This document shows, one piece after another, positions 1 to 9,727 of a DNA stretch of 64,000 bases (position 1 is the first letter of the stretch; each line of letters starts with the position of its first letter). The notes below the pieces were generated by a model. The model saw only the letters and a list, made by a program, of their open reading frames with translations. It had not been told where the DNA came from and searched no databases. Both the position numbers and the translations under genes were made by a program. The DNA is taken from NCBI GenBank assembly GCA_049968315.1, contig JBMFRA010000001.1, positions 62,044 through 126,043 on the forward strand. Direction: 5' to 3'. The stretch is from Acidobacteriota bacterium (GTDB taxonomy: Bacteria; Acidobacteriota; UBA4820; DSQY01).

Positions 1-751
1 CGGCGACGATGAGGGCCGGCACGGGGGGGTGGAGGCGCTCCGGGTTCATCAGGAAGCGGTCCCACCCCAGAAGGCCCAGGGCGAACTGGCCAAGAACCAC
101 GACGGAGAGAACCGTCCAGACGCGTTTCCGCCAGAGGGGCTGGCTCTTTCGGTCGGCCATACGGCCGGCCACCCATGCGGCGTAGAATCCCAGCGCCAGG
201 GCCTCCAGGAGGCCGCCGCCGGGGAGGAAGCGGTTGAGGAGGAGCATCCGGGCGGGGCCCTTGAGGTGGAGGAGGCCGAGGCAGGCGGCCGTCAGCAGGA
301 AGGCGGCGGTGGACAGGGGGGCGGCCCCCGGATTTTCCGTGAAGCGCCGCCGCAGGGGGCCCCTGTGGAAGAGCGCCGCCGCCCCGAGGGCCAGCCCCGC
401 CACGGCGCCCAGGATGATTGCCATTCGGAGGTAGGGTTCCCCCGCCGCCCGCCGAAGGGCGCCGATGCGGAGGGCGGTGTCGATCCAGAGGCCGGCGGCC
501 GCCAGGAGGAGCAGGGTCGCCACGCGGCGGACCCAATCCTCCCGGAGGGCAAGGACCAGGGGGGAGAGCAGGCAGGCCAGAAAGGCCCCCGGGGAGCCGG
601 CCCTCAGGAAGTGGGCGCCGAGGAGCAGAGCCGAGAGGACGGCGGGGGCCAGGGCCGCCGCGGCGGCGAGGGTGCCCCGGGAAGGGACCTCCGCCGCCGG
701 AGTGGCCGCCGCCGCCGGGATCCTGTCCTTGCCGCAGGACTCAGGGGCCAA
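1..751 (-). CDS. Polytopic membrane protein of the 4Fe-4S-binding (NapH/MauN-like) type, N-terminal part; runs off the window edge
   Basis: Not in the ORF track because it has no stop in the window. Manual translation from TTG at 751 (AGGAGG RBS upstream) gives LLLGAHFLRAG...EPYLRMAIILG...DRFLMNPERLHPPVPALIV, a hydrophobic N-terminus resembling this family. The Cys motifs would lie outside the window. Confidence 0.6.
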   Translation of the reverse strand, partial: MAPESCGKDRIPAAAATPAAEVPSRGTLAAAAALAPAVLSALLLGAHFLRAGSPGAFLACLLSPLVLALREDWVRRVATLLLLAAAGLWIDTALRIGALRRAAGEPYLRMAIILGAVAGLALGAAALFHRGPLRRRFTENPGAAPLSTAAFLLTAACLGLLHLKGPARMLLLNRFLPGGGLLEALALGFYAAWVAGRMADRKSQPLWRKRVWTVLSVVVLGQFALGLLGWDRFLMNPERLHPPVPALIVA

Positions 752-763
752 GGAAGCTCCTCC

Positions 764-1526
764 TCACAACCACTCCTCGGAGAGGATCTCCCCTTGGAGG
801 TTCACCACCACCCGCTTCAGCGGCACCTTCCGGCGGGAGCGGCGCAGCGCCTCCGCCGCCAGGTGGACGAGCCCCGCGCAGCAGGGGACCTGCATGACCA
901 GCACCGTCAGCGACTCGATCCGCGCCTCCTCCGCCAGGGCGACGAGCTTGCGGAGGTAGACATCCTGGCCCTGGTCCAGTTTGGGGCAGGCGACGGCGAG
1001 GGACTTGCCGGGAAGCCAGCGGGAGTGGAAATCGCCCATGGCGAAGGCGGTGCAGTCGGCGGCGAGGAGCACGTGGGCCCCCTGAAAGTAGGGGGCGGCA
1101 GGGGAGACCAGGTGGAGCTGGACGGGCCACTGCCGGAGGGCGGACGGCGACGCCGCCATGGAGGCCGGTGGCTGGGGCGGGTTCAAGGTGAGGGTCCGGG
1201 AACCGGGGCAACCCCCGCCCCCGCCGTGGACGGGAAAGGGCGTGAGGCCCGGGGGCAAGGCGGAAAACGCCGGTTCCGGTCGGCTTGGGCCCCGGTGGGC
1301 CTCCACCGCCCGCTCGTCAAAGGGGGCCGCCTCCCGCTCCTCCACGGTGATGGCCCCCCTGGGGGCACTCGCCCAGGCAGGCCCCCAGCCCGTCGCAGAG
1401 GACCTCCGACACCAGACGGGCCTCGCCCTCCACGATGCGAATGGCCCCCTCGGCGCAGGAGGGCACGCAGAGCCCGCACCCGTCGCACTTCTCCTCGTCG
1501 ATGCGAACCACCTTCCGGACCGCCAT
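764..1526 (-). pseudogene. 4Fe-4S dicluster iron-sulfur oxidoreductase, frameshifted (real lesion or sequencing error)
   Basis: The N-half has CDGCGLCVPSC and CDGLGACLGECP (ORF 1317..1622). The C-half has QWPVQLHLV, AADC, CPKLD and VPCC (ORF 764..1714). Removing one base from the C6 run at 1354-1359 joins them as ECPQGAIT. Confidence 0.8.
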
Positions 1527-1625
1527 GGACCACCTCCAGGGGCGAGAGTGTAGGGCGCTCCCCGGCCCGGTGCCTTGACCCAGGTCAAGGGCCGGGCCCC
1601 GGTGGGTGCCCCGGAAGCCCACGGC

Positions 1626-2633
1626 TCACTCCGCGCCGCCCCTTTCGCTTTCACCGTTTTCGAAGGGGTGGCCCTCCCGGCCGAAGTCGGGGAGGTAGTT
1701 CTCGGCGCTGTCAAGGGCCTGGATGTAGCCCTCGGTGAGACCCTCCCGTTCCAGGGCCTCCACGGCGCGGGCGTACTCCCCGGCGCCCAAGGGCCGGGAG
1801 AGGAGGGGGTGGCTCCTGGCGCGGTGGCGCGGGAAGTACTGGGCCATGAGGCTCACGGCCACCTCCCGCCCCAGGGTGCGGGCCAGGAAGCGAAGGACCT
1901 CCGGGGTCTGGGAGAGGCCGTTGGGCAGGACGAGGTGGCGGACCAGAAGGCCCCGCACCGCCACGCCGCCGCCGTCTAGGCGAAGGGGGCCCACCTGGCG
2001 CCACATCTCCGCGAGGGCCGCCTGGGCGTTGGGAAGGTACCCCACGGCGTCGGAGAGCTCCCTGGCGGATCCCTCCTCGAAGTACTTGAAGTCGGGCATG
2101 TAGATGTCCACGATGCCGTCCAGGAGCCGTAGGGTGGAGGCGGAGTCGTAGCCGCCGGAGTTGTAAACGACGGGCAGCCGGAGGCCCCTCCGGGCCGCCA
2201 GGGCCAGGGCCTCCACCGCCTGGGGGACCACGTGGCTGGGGCTGACCCAGTTGAGGTTGTGGACCCCCTGGCGCTCCAGGGAGAGGTAGACCTCCGCCAG
2301 CTCCTCCGCGGTGAGGGCGCCCTGACCCGGCCGCCACTCCTGGCTGATCTCGTAGTTTTGGCAAAAGAGGCAGTGGAGGTTGCAGTGGGCGAAGAAGACC
2401 GTCCCCGACCCGTTCCGGCCGCTGATGCACGGCTCCTCCCCCCGGTGGACGCAGAAGGAGGCCACCTCGGCCCGGCGGCCGGTCCGGCAGACGCCCCGGC
2501 GGTCCCTCAGGCGCCGGGTCCGGCAGTGGCGCGGGCAGACGCGGCACTCCTCCAACAGGGCCAGGAGAGCCTCCACCCGGCGGTCCAACTCGCCGGATTC
2601 CAGCAGGGCCAGATAGGCGGGAGGGGCGCTCAC
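1626..2633 (-). CDS. Radical SAM protein, PflX-like
   Basis: CNLHCLFCQN (CxxxCxxC), N-terminal CRVCPRHC, plus DIYMPDFKY and LVRHLVLP motifs. Confidence 0.88.
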   Translation of the reverse strand: MSAPPAYLALLESGELDRRVEALLALLEECRVCPRHCRTRRLRDRRGVCRTGRRAEVASFCVHRGEEPCISGRNGSGTVFFAHCNLHCLFCQNYEISQEWRPGQGALTAEELAEVYLSLERQGVHNLNWVSPSHVVPQAVEALALAARRGLRLPVVYNSGGYDSASTLRLLDGIVDIYMPDFKYFEEGSARELSDAVGYLPNAQAALAEMWRQVGPLRLDGGGVAVRGLLVRHLVLPNGLSQTPEVLRFLARTLGREVAVSLMAQYFPRHRARSHPLLSRPLGAGEYARAVEALEREGLTEGYIQALDSAENYLPDFGREGHPFENGESERGGAE

Positions 2634-2637
2634 GGGC

Positions 2638-3606
2638 TCAAGGGACGGGAAAGCCGCCGGGGGGGATGCGGTAGGCGCCGATCTTCTCCATGACGGCGTT
2701 GAACTCGGCGACGATGGCCTCGAGGATCTCCCGCACCGAGGCCCGGCGCTTCACCAGGCCGGCCACCTGGCCCATCATCACGGAGCCCCGGGTGACGTCA
2801 CCCTCCATGACGGCGGCCCGAAGCCTTCCCACGGCCAGCCCCTCGATCTCTTCCCAGGGGGCCCCTTTGCCCTCCATCTCGTAGAACTCCTGGGTGAGCA
2901 TGTTCTTCAGGGCGCGGACGGGCTTGTTGATGGAGCGGCCGGTGACGGCGGTGGAGCGGTCGGTGGCCTTGACGATGGCGTCCTTGTAGTTGTCGTGGGC
3001 CCTCGACTCGTGGGCCACCACCAGGGCGGTGCCGAGCTGGATGCCCTGGGCGCCCAGGGCGAAGGCGGCGGCCATGCCCCTGCCGTCGGCGATTCCGCCG
3101 GCGGCGATGACGGGGATGGAGAGGGCGTCGGCCATCTGCGGAATGAGGGGCATGGTGGCGGTGTCGCCGATGTGGCCGCCGGCCTCCTCCCCCTCGGCGA
3201 CGATGGCGTCGGCGCCGGACCGCTCCAGGCGCCTCGCCAGGGCCACCGAGTTCACGACGGGAACCACGGTGCACCCCGCCTTCTTGAGCTCCTCGATGAC
3301 GGGGCCGCTGTTCCCCGCCCCCAGCGTCACCACCGGCACCCGCTCCTCCTTGACCACCTCGATGCACTGCCGGAAGTTGGGGGAGAGGAGGATCAGGTTC
3401 ACGGCGAAGGGCTTCTCCGTGAGGGTGCGGAGCTTGCGGATCTCCTCCCGGAGCAGCTCCCCCGGCATGTTGCCGGTGGCGATGCACCCCAGTCCCCCCG
3501 CCTCGCTGACGGCGGAGGCGAGGACGGCCTCCGAGACCCAGGTCATGCCCCCTTGGAGGATGGGGTAGGGGATGCCCAAGAGACGGCAGACGGCGTTGTC
3601 CTTCAT
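2638..3606 (-). CDS. fabK: Enoyl-ACP reductase II / nitronate monooxygenase family
   Basis: YPILQGGM, EGEEAGGHIG, PVIAAGGIADGRG and GQVAGLV motifs; start set at MKDNAV. Confidence 0.8.
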   Translation of the reverse strand: MKDNAVCRLLGIPYPILQGGMTWVSEAVLASAVSEAGGLGCIATGNMPGELLREEIRKLRTLTEKPFAVNLILLSPNFRQCIEVVKEERVPVVTLGAGNSGPVIEELKKAGCTVVPVVNSVALARRLERSGADAIVAEGEEAGGHIGDTATMPLIPQMADALSIPVIAAGGIADGRGMAAAFALGAQGIQLGTALVVAHESRAHDNYKDAIVKATDRSTAVTGRSINKPVRALKNMLTQEFYEMEGKGAPWEEIEGLAVGRLRAAVMEGDVTRGSVMMGQVAGLVKRRASVREILEAIVAEFNAVMEKIGAYRIPPGGFPVP

Positions 3607-4376
3607 GGTCGTTCTCCCCGCCCGGCGAGCCACCCCCCGCGCGCCAGGGCCGATCGAAAAGGTTCCAGAAGCGGTGATTCCGAAGGTCCCGCGTAACGGC
3701 CTTCCAGGGGAAGATACCCCAGACGGAGGCAGAGGCGCCAGGCCAGGATCTCCAGCTTGGGGTCCTCCATCTCTCCCGCGGCCGATTTCACAAGGATCTC
3801 CCGTACGGGAGAGAAGCGCACCGCCGGTGCGTCGGCCTCGTTGACCGACCCGTCCCCGGGGGCTTTCTCCCGGCGGGAGGGGGAGACCCGGACGGCGCAG
3901 AGGTGGATCTTCTCCGAGGACTGGCCGTGGGAGGGAAAGAAGCCCCCGCCCAGGGAGAGGACCTCCCCCGCCGCCACGCGGAAACCGGCCTCCTCCCAAA
4001 CCTCCTCCACCACGCGCCTGAGGAGCCCTTCCACCCCCCGGTCCCCCTCCTCCACGCTTCCCGCCACCGCCTCGGGGGTGTGGAGGTAGACCCGGCCGTC
4101 GGGAACGGCCAGGGGGAGGTCCTTGCGGAAGTAGACCGGAACGCGGATCCCCGGCCGCCAGGCCATGTGGGGCTCCCCCTCCTCCTCGTGGAAGAGGGCG
4201 ACGGCGACGGCGTCGTAGCCCCGCCGGTGGATGTACTCGTAGAGGTACGGCCGGGAGCGGCCGCCTCCCGGGTAGAGGTTCCGGTACTTGAGCCGCACGA
4301 GGGTGAGGAAGCCGCCCTCCCCCGGGGCCGCCTCCCCCGCCGGCTCGATGGCCACCACCTCCCGCCCCTCGGCCAT
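3603..4376 (-). CDS. NUDIX hydrolase
   Basis: Nudix-like box AGSVEEGD...RRVVEEVWEEAG, followed by FFPSHGQSSEKIHL and DPK. Confidence 0.8.
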   Translation of the reverse strand: MAEGREVVAIEPAGEAAPGEGGFLTLVRLKYRNLYPGGGRSRPYLYEYIHRRGYDAVAVALFHEEEGEPHMAWRPGIRVPVYFRKDLPLAVPDGRVYLHTPEAVAGSVEEGDRGVEGLLRRVVEEVWEEAGFRVAAGEVLSLGGGFFPSHGQSSEKIHLCAVRVSPSRREKAPGDGSVNEADAPAVRFSPVREILVKSAAGEMEDPKLEILAWRLCLRLGYLPLEGRYAGPSESPLLEPFRSALARGGWLAGRGERP

Positions 4377-4377
4377 C

Positions 4378-5217
4378 TCAGCCCTCCACGGGGTGGACGG
4401 CGAAGACCAGGGGCTTGGTCTCTTCCAGGCGGGCGGCGGGGACCTCGGGGTCGTGTTCGAAGAAGAGGGTCCAGCCCTCCCGGGCCGCCGTGGGGAGGAG
4501 GGCCCGCTTGGTCTCCAGGGTCAGGGTGGGGTGGAGGTCGTAGGCCATGATCCAGGGGAGGGGAACGTGGTGCCGGGTGGGGATCAGGTCCCCCAGATAG
4601 AGGGCCGTCTCGCCGCGGGAGCGGAGGAGCACCCCCTGCATGCCCAGCGTGTGGCCGGGAAGGGGTTTGAGGACCACGCCGGGGGCCACCTCCTCTTCGC
4701 CCTCGGCGAGCCTCAGCCGCCCCTGTTCGAAGAGAGGTTCGTAGTTCCAGGGGAGGTAAGAGGCGCGGTTGCGCTCGTGGGCCGCCCGGGCCTCCTCCCA
4801 CTCCTTCCGCTGGACGACGTAGACGGCGTTGGGGAAGGCCGCCTCCACCCGGCCGCCCTCCCCCAGGCGGGTGTTGCCGCCGGCGTGGTCGAAGTGGAGG
4901 TGGGTGTTGACGACGACGTGGATCTCGCCGGGGGAGAGGCCGTGCTCCTGGAGGGCCTCGGGGAGCCGCCACGGGGCCACGGCGTAGGTCTCGCGGAACT
5001 TCTCGTCCTCCTTGGGGCCCACCCCCGTGTCCACCAGGAGGTTCACTCCCCCGGCGCGTACCAGGAGCACCCGCGTGTCCAGGAGGATTCGGTGCTTCTC
5101 GTCGGGGGGCGCCTTCTTCTCCCAGAGGAGGCGGGGAACGACGCCGAACATGGACCCGCCGTCCAGCCGCAGGGTTCCTGCGGAGAGGGAATGGACTTCG
5201 ATGTCGCCGATTCTCAC
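4378..5217 (-). CDS. Metallo-beta-lactamase-fold hydrolase (YtnP-like)
   Basis: LDGGSMFGVVP, THLHFDHAGG, PGHT and FEHDP motifs. Confidence 0.9.
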   Translation of the reverse strand: MRIGDIEVHSLSAGTLRLDGGSMFGVVPRLLWEKKAPPDEKHRILLDTRVLLVRAGGVNLLVDTGVGPKEDEKFRETYAVAPWRLPEALQEHGLSPGEIHVVVNTHLHFDHAGGNTRLGEGGRVEAAFPNAVYVVQRKEWEEARAAHERNRASYLPWNYEPLFEQGRLRLAEGEEEVAPGVVLKPLPGHTLGMQGVLLRSRGETALYLGDLIPTRHHVPLPWIMAYDLHPTLTLETKRALLPTAAREGWTLFFEHDPEVPAARLEETKPLVFAVHPVEG

Positions 5218-5227
5218 GAGGGCCTCC

Positions 5228-6751
5228 TCAACCCTCCGGGCCCGGCAGGGCGGAGGGAAACTGCCTCAAGGGGAGAACAACGGTGAAGGTGCTTCCCTTT
5301 CCCAGGGCCGATTCCACCTCGATGGTCCCGTCCAGGAGCCGGGCGCAGCGGTCGGCGATGGAAAGGCCCAGGCCCGTCCCGGCGTAGCGCCGGGAATCGG
5401 AGCCGTCGGCCTGGCGGAACTCCTCGAAGACCCGGGAGAGCTCCTGGGGCGGGATTCCGGGGCCCGTGTCGGAGAGCTGGAGGGAGAGCCTCCCTTCCCG
5501 GGTGGAGACCTTCAGGACCGCCCCCCCCTGCCGGGTGAACTTGGCGGCGTTGCCCAGGAGGTTCACCAGGATCCGGCGGAGGAGGTCGGGGTCGGTCCAC
5601 AGGGTGGGGGGAAGGTCGCTGGAGACCTCCAGGGCCAGGGAGAGGCCCTTCTGATGGAAGAGGGGTTCGGTCTCCTCCGCCAGCCCCTGCAGGAAGGCCC
5701 GAAGGTCCACCTCCCTCTCCTTCACCTCGAAGCCCCCCCGTTTGAGTTTGGCCAGGTCCAAAAGGTCGTTGATCGTCTCCAGGAGCTGGCGGGCATTCCG
5801 GTGGAGGAGGGCCAGGTGGCGCTTGGGGGCGGGGCCCAGGGCCTCCGAGTGGGCCTGAAGCGCCTCGGCGGCGATGAGAATAGCCGTCAGGGGGGTCCTC
5901 AACTCGTGGGTGACGTTGGCCAGGAACTGCTCCTGGAGCCTCGTGGAGTCCTCCAGCCGGGCCACCGTCCGCTTGAGCTCCGAGTGCTGCTTCTGCAGCT
6001 GCTCCCGGGTGCGGTAGAACTCGCTGACGTCCCGGAGGATCCCCAGGTAGGTGGGCGGCCGGCCGGGAAACCTCGAAGGGGCGAAGGTCAGGAGGGACCA
6101 GAAGAAGGCGCCCGATTTCTTCTGGACGCGGACCAGTTTGTTCTGGATCCCTTCCCGGAGGATGCGGGCCGTTCCCAGGAGGCGGAAGCGCCGGATCTCG
6201 TCGGGGGGGAGGAAGTCCGAGGGGTTCAGGGTGCGGCCCAGGAAGTCCCCCGGCTCGTGGCCGGTGACCGTCCGGAAGGCGGGGTTCACGTAGGAGACCG
6301 AGAGGTCCCGCTCCAGGACGAAGATCACGTCGTTGGAGCTCTCGGTCAGGACCAGGAACTGGTTGCGGATCCGGTCGTAGTCCCTGACCAGCGTCTGGGC
6401 GGCGGAGGCAGCCAAGAGCCAGAGGACGCGCCCCCGGCCGTCGCCCAGGGGATCCTCCACGGCGAGGTAGGCGCGGGGGGAAATGCCGGGGCGGTCCACC
6501 ACCACCGGCATGCCCGCCTCCCCTGGCGGCGGAAGGGGGGACGGGCCCCGCATCTGGTGCCAGAGGGAGGGGCAGGCCTCTTCCAGGGGAAGGCCTTCCA
6601 GGGGGGTCTCGGGGGTCTCCAGCAGACGGCGGGCGGCCGGGTTGGCGTAACGGACCCGGTCCCCGAGGTCCAGGACCAGGACCGCCTGGGGCAGGAGTTC
6701 GAAGTACCGCCGGAGGGGCTCCTCCGGAAGGGGCCGGCCGCCTTCGCCCAC
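5228..6751 (-). CDS. Cytoplasmic PAS-domain sensor histidine kinase
   Basis: Two PAS-like segments, H-box FLANVTHELRTPL, N-box NLLGNAAKF, and DTGPGI and GTGLGL boxes. Confidence 0.92.
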   Translation of the reverse strand: MGEGGRPLPEEPLRRYFELLPQAVLVLDLGDRVRYANPAARRLLETPETPLEGLPLEEACPSLWHQMRGPSPLPPPGEAGMPVVVDRPGISPRAYLAVEDPLGDGRGRVLWLLAASAAQTLVRDYDRIRNQFLVLTESSNDVIFVLERDLSVSYVNPAFRTVTGHEPGDFLGRTLNPSDFLPPDEIRRFRLLGTARILREGIQNKLVRVQKKSGAFFWSLLTFAPSRFPGRPPTYLGILRDVSEFYRTREQLQKQHSELKRTVARLEDSTRLQEQFLANVTHELRTPLTAILIAAEALQAHSEALGPAPKRHLALLHRNARQLLETINDLLDLAKLKRGGFEVKEREVDLRAFLQGLAEETEPLFHQKGLSLALEVSSDLPPTLWTDPDLLRRILVNLLGNAAKFTRQGGAVLKVSTREGRLSLQLSDTGPGIPPQELSRVFEEFRQADGSDSRRYAGTGLGLSIADRCARLLDGTIEVESALGKGSTFTVVLPLRQFPSALPGPEG

Positions 6752-6760
6752 CGTCTCACC

Positions 6761-7501
6761 TCACCCCTTGGGCCACGGTTCCACGGGATTCTCCAGGCGG
6801 ATCCCCGCCGTTTCCACCGCCACCACGTCCCCTGGAGAGAGGGGGCCGACGCCGGCGGGGGTACCCGTGGCGACGAGGTCCCCGGGAAGGAGGGTCATGG
6901 CCCGGGAAATGTAGCGGAGAAGAGCAGGGATGGGGAAGGCCATATCCGAGGCCTGTCCCTCCTGGACCAGGCGGCCGTTGAGGAAGGTCCGCACCTGGAG
7001 GGCTTCCCAGTCGGGGGCCGTCTCGATCCACGGGCCAACGGGGCAGAAGGTGTCGAAGGACTTGGCCCGGGAGAACTGCCCGTCCAGCTTCTGGAGGTCC
7101 CGTGCGGTGACGTCGTTGAGGGGGGTGACCCCCAGGAGGTAGGAGAGGGGGTCCTCCGCCTCGCCGAGGCGGTGGCAGGTCCTTCCCACCACCAGGGCGA
7201 TCTCCCCCTCGTACTCCACGCGGGAGGAATCCTCGGGGAGCAGGATGGTTCCCCCGGAGGGCAGAAGGGCCGAGGGGGCCTTCAGGAAGAGGAGGGGCCG
7301 CTCGGGCATGGGGTTGCCCAGTTCTCGGGCGTGTTCCCGGTAGTTTCGCCCCACGCAGACGATCTTGGAGGGGCGGGCGGGGGGAAGGAGGACCGCCTCC
7401 TCCACCGGGATCGCCTCCCCCGCCGGGCCCCGGAGAAGCCCGGGGGTCTCCTGGCAGACGGCCACTTCCCGTCCTTTCCACAATACGCGGCCTATCCGCA
7501 T
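6761..7501 (-). CDS. Fumarylacetoacetate hydrolase family protein
   Basis: KIVCVGRNY, EYEGE, NDVTARD, KSFDTFCPVGP and TGTPAGVG motifs. Confidence 0.92.
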   Translation of the reverse strand: MRIGRVLWKGREVAVCQETPGLLRGPAGEAIPVEEAVLLPPARPSKIVCVGRNYREHARELGNPMPERPLLFLKAPSALLPSGGTILLPEDSSRVEYEGEIALVVGRTCHRLGEAEDPLSYLLGVTPLNDVTARDLQKLDGQFSRAKSFDTFCPVGPWIETAPDWEALQVRTFLNGRLVQEGQASDMAFPIPALLRYISRAMTLLPGDLVATGTPAGVGPLSPGDVVAVETAGIRLENPVEPWPKG

Positions 7502-8334
7502 GAGAGCGCCTCCTCCAGGGACTCCTGGGCGAGGAAGCCCCGGTAGACGGGGCGCGCCTCCCCCGTGAGCCGGCAGAAAGGAGACCGGCCGCCGGAAGGG
7601 GCCACCTCCAGTTCCTTTCCCGACCGCGGGAGAAGCCGCACGGGGCCGGAGACGAGCCTCCGGCTCCACAGGACGGAGGCCACCGCCACGGCCCCCGTGC
7701 CGCAGGCCAGGGTCTCGCCCTCGACCCCCCGTTCGAAGGTCCGCACCCCGTAGGGCGGTCCCCCGGCCAGGGAGACGAAGTCCACGTTGGCGCCTAAGGG
7801 CCCCGCCTCGGGTGCGCTCCGGAGGGCCGCCCCCAGGGAAGCGACGGGGAGGGCCGAGAGGTCCCGGACGAAGACCACCAGGTGGGGGACGCCCGCCAGG
7901 ACCCGCAGGCCGGGCACGGTGCCGCGGGGCAGGGAGACCTCCACCGGCGCGGGCTCCTCGGGGGGAAGGGGAACCTCCACCTCCACCCGGCCGTCGGGGA
8001 GGACCCGGGCCGAGACGACGCCGGCACCCGTTTCCAGGGACATGGTGCGCCCCGCCGCCACCTTCAAGAAGGCGTAGCGGGCGGCGCAGCGGGCGCCGTT
8101 GCCGCAGAAGGGGCTCTCGGAGCCGTCGGGGTTGAAGAGCCGGAGGCGGAGGTGGGCCTTGGTGGAGGTCTCCAGAAGGACGAGACCGTCGGCTCCCACC
8201 GAGAGGCCGCGGCGGCAGAGCCCCCGGGCCAGCCGGGGAAGGGGCGCCGCGTTCCAGGCCCCCTGGCGGTTGTCCCCCAGGATGAAGTCGTTGCCCGCCC
8301 CCGAAAACTTGTAGAACTCCAGCGGTTCAGCCAT
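7492..8334 (-). CDS. dapF: Diaminopimelate epimerase
   Basis: [13 protein letters not shown] and [14 protein letters not shown], with both catalytic Cys present. Confidence 0.93.
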   Translation of the reverse strand: MAEPLEFYKFSGAGNDFILGDNRQGAWNAAPLPRLARGLCRRGLSVGADGLVLLETSTKAHLRLRLFNPDGSESPFCGNGARCAARYAFLKVAAGRTMSLETGAGVVSARVLPDGRVEVEVPLPPEEPAPVEVSLPRGTVPGLRVLAGVPHLVVFVRDLSALPVASLGAALRSAPEAGPLGANVDFVSLAGGPPYGVRTFERGVEGETLACGTGAVAVASVLWSRRLVSGPVRLLPRSGKELEVAPSGGRSPFCRLTGEARPVYRGFLAQESLEEALSCG

Positions 8335-8473
8335 GGCTCGAAGAAAGTGCCGCGGCCGGCGGTGCCGGAGAGGCGCCCGTCCGGCGGGGGTAGGGATCGC
8401 CCTTCCGCCCGCAGGCGAGAATGGCGGCGAGGAGGACGAGGAGCAGGACCAGCGGTGCGGTCTTCCGTGCCAC
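8327..8473 (-). CDS. Small lipoprotein, LptM/YifL-like
   Basis: 48-aa ORF from GTG with a basic N-terminus, hydrophobic stretch and lipobox ILAC followed by GRKGDPYP. Its stop overlaps the dapF start. Confidence 0.6.
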   Translation of the reverse strand: MARKTAPLVLLLVLLAAILACGRKGDPYPRRTGASPAPPAAALSSSHG

Positions 8474-8554
8474 GGCGAACCTCCGGGCCGATTCTACCAC
8501 GTCCGGGGGCCCGGGGGGCTTTTCCCGGAGGGCCCTTTCCCTCAAAATGGGACC

Positions 8555-8854
8555 ATGGAGAGGCAGCGGGAGACCCGGGCCTGGCGGGTGACGGGGCGGG
8601 TCCAAGGGGTGGGTTTCCGGTACTTCGTGGCGGCCCACGCGCGGTCCTTGGGACTCAAGGGGTGGGCCCGGAACCTCCTGGACGGGTCGGTGGAGGTCCA
8701 GGCGGCGGGGCCTTCGGAAGCCCTCGCCGCCCTGGAGGGGCACCTTCGGGAAGGACCTCCCCACGCCCGGGTGGAGGGGCTCCATCCCCTGCCGCCCTCC
8801 CCGAGGCTTGAACGGGCGCAGACCTTCACGGTAGAATCGGAGTTCGGCTGGTAG
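8555..8854 (+). CDS. acyP: Acylphosphatase
   Basis: GRVQGVGFR and [13 protein letters not shown] signatures. Confidence 0.92.
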   Translation: MERQRETRAWRVTGRVQGVGFRYFVAAHARSLGLKGWARNLLDGSVEVQAAGPSEALAALEGHLREGPPHARVEGLHPLPPSPRLERAQTFTVESEFGW

Positions 8855-8866
8855 GGCGCCGCGTGT

Positions 8867-8943
8867 GTGCCTGTAGCTCAGATGGATAGAGCACCTGCCT
8901 CCTAAGCAGGGGGTCGTGGGTTCAACTCCCGCCAGGCACACCA
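8867..8943 (+). tRNA. tRNA-Arg(CCT)
   Basis: GTGCCTG/CAGGCAC acceptor stem, anticodon arm CCTGC-CTCCTAA-GCAGG, GGTTCAACTCC T-arm, encoded CCA. Confidence 0.97.
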
Positions 8944-8977
8944 CACCGCCGGCGCCGCCCTTTGGGAAGGACCGGAC

Positions 8978-9727
8978 ATGGCATCGAGGAAGCTCACCAA
9001 GCAGCAGATGCGGGAGGACCAGTTCCGCGACGCCCTCACCGAGGTCTACGTCGGCACGCTCACCCACCTGGAGCGCCATTGGAGGGCGTACCTCCTGGGG
9101 CTCTTCGTGGCCGCCGCCGCGGGGGCGGGCGGGTGGTACCTGTGGGACCGCCACCGGGAGAAGGTCCAGGAACGCCAATACCTCCTCGGCCAGGTGATGG
9201 AGGCCCTCACCGCCCCCGTGGGCGAGAAGGCCGATCCCGGGGCCTCCCGGAGCCTCACCTTCTCCAGCGAGCAAGCGCGGCAGAAGGAGGTGGAGAGCCG
9301 GTTCCAGGCCTTCTCCAAGAACGCCTCCGGTGCCGCCCGCAAGACCGCCGCCCTGCTGGAGGCCGCCGTCCTCCTCCAGAAGGGGAAGGCCGACGAGGCC
9401 GTCTCCCGCCTGACCCCCCTGGTATCGGACGGGACCTACGGCCCCCTGGCCCTCTCCATGAGGGCCGCCGCCCACGAGGGGGCCGGCCGCTACGACCGCG
9501 CCGAGGCCGATTACAAGACCTTGGCGTCCCTCCAATCCCCCCTGCTGCCGCCGGGGGAGGGGGCCTGGCTCCTGGGCCAGTTCTACGAGCGGCGGGGCCA
9601 GAAAGACAAGGCGCTCTCCTCCTACCAGCAGGCGGAGAAGGCCCTTCCCCAAGGGGAAGAAGGCAAGGAGCCGGGGCTCCTACAGCGCGTGAAGAAGCGA
9701 ACGGAGGCCCTCAAGGAAGGCGCATGA
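8978..9727 (+). CDS. Membrane-anchored tetratricopeptide-repeat protein (YfgM-like)
   Basis: N-terminal KLTKQQMREDQF, one TM helix, then TPR-like helices. Confidence 0.7.
   Translation: MASRKLTKQQMREDQFRDALTEVYVGTLTHLERHWRAYLLGLFVAAAAGAGGWYLWDRHREKVQERQYLLGQVMEALTAPVGEKADPGASRSLTFSSEQARQKEVESRFQAFSKNASGAARKTAALLEAAVLLQKGKADEAVSRLTPLVSDGTYGPLALSMRAAAHEGAGRYDRAEADYKTLASLQSPLLPPGEGAWLLGQFYERRGQKDKALSSYQQAEKALPQGEEGKEPGLLQRVKKRTEALKEGA

Noticed and set aside
8867-8980. Island or prophage integrated at tRNA-Arg (likewise tRNA-Lys at 51647)
   Set aside because: No integrase, no duplicated tRNA end and no compositional shift were seen.
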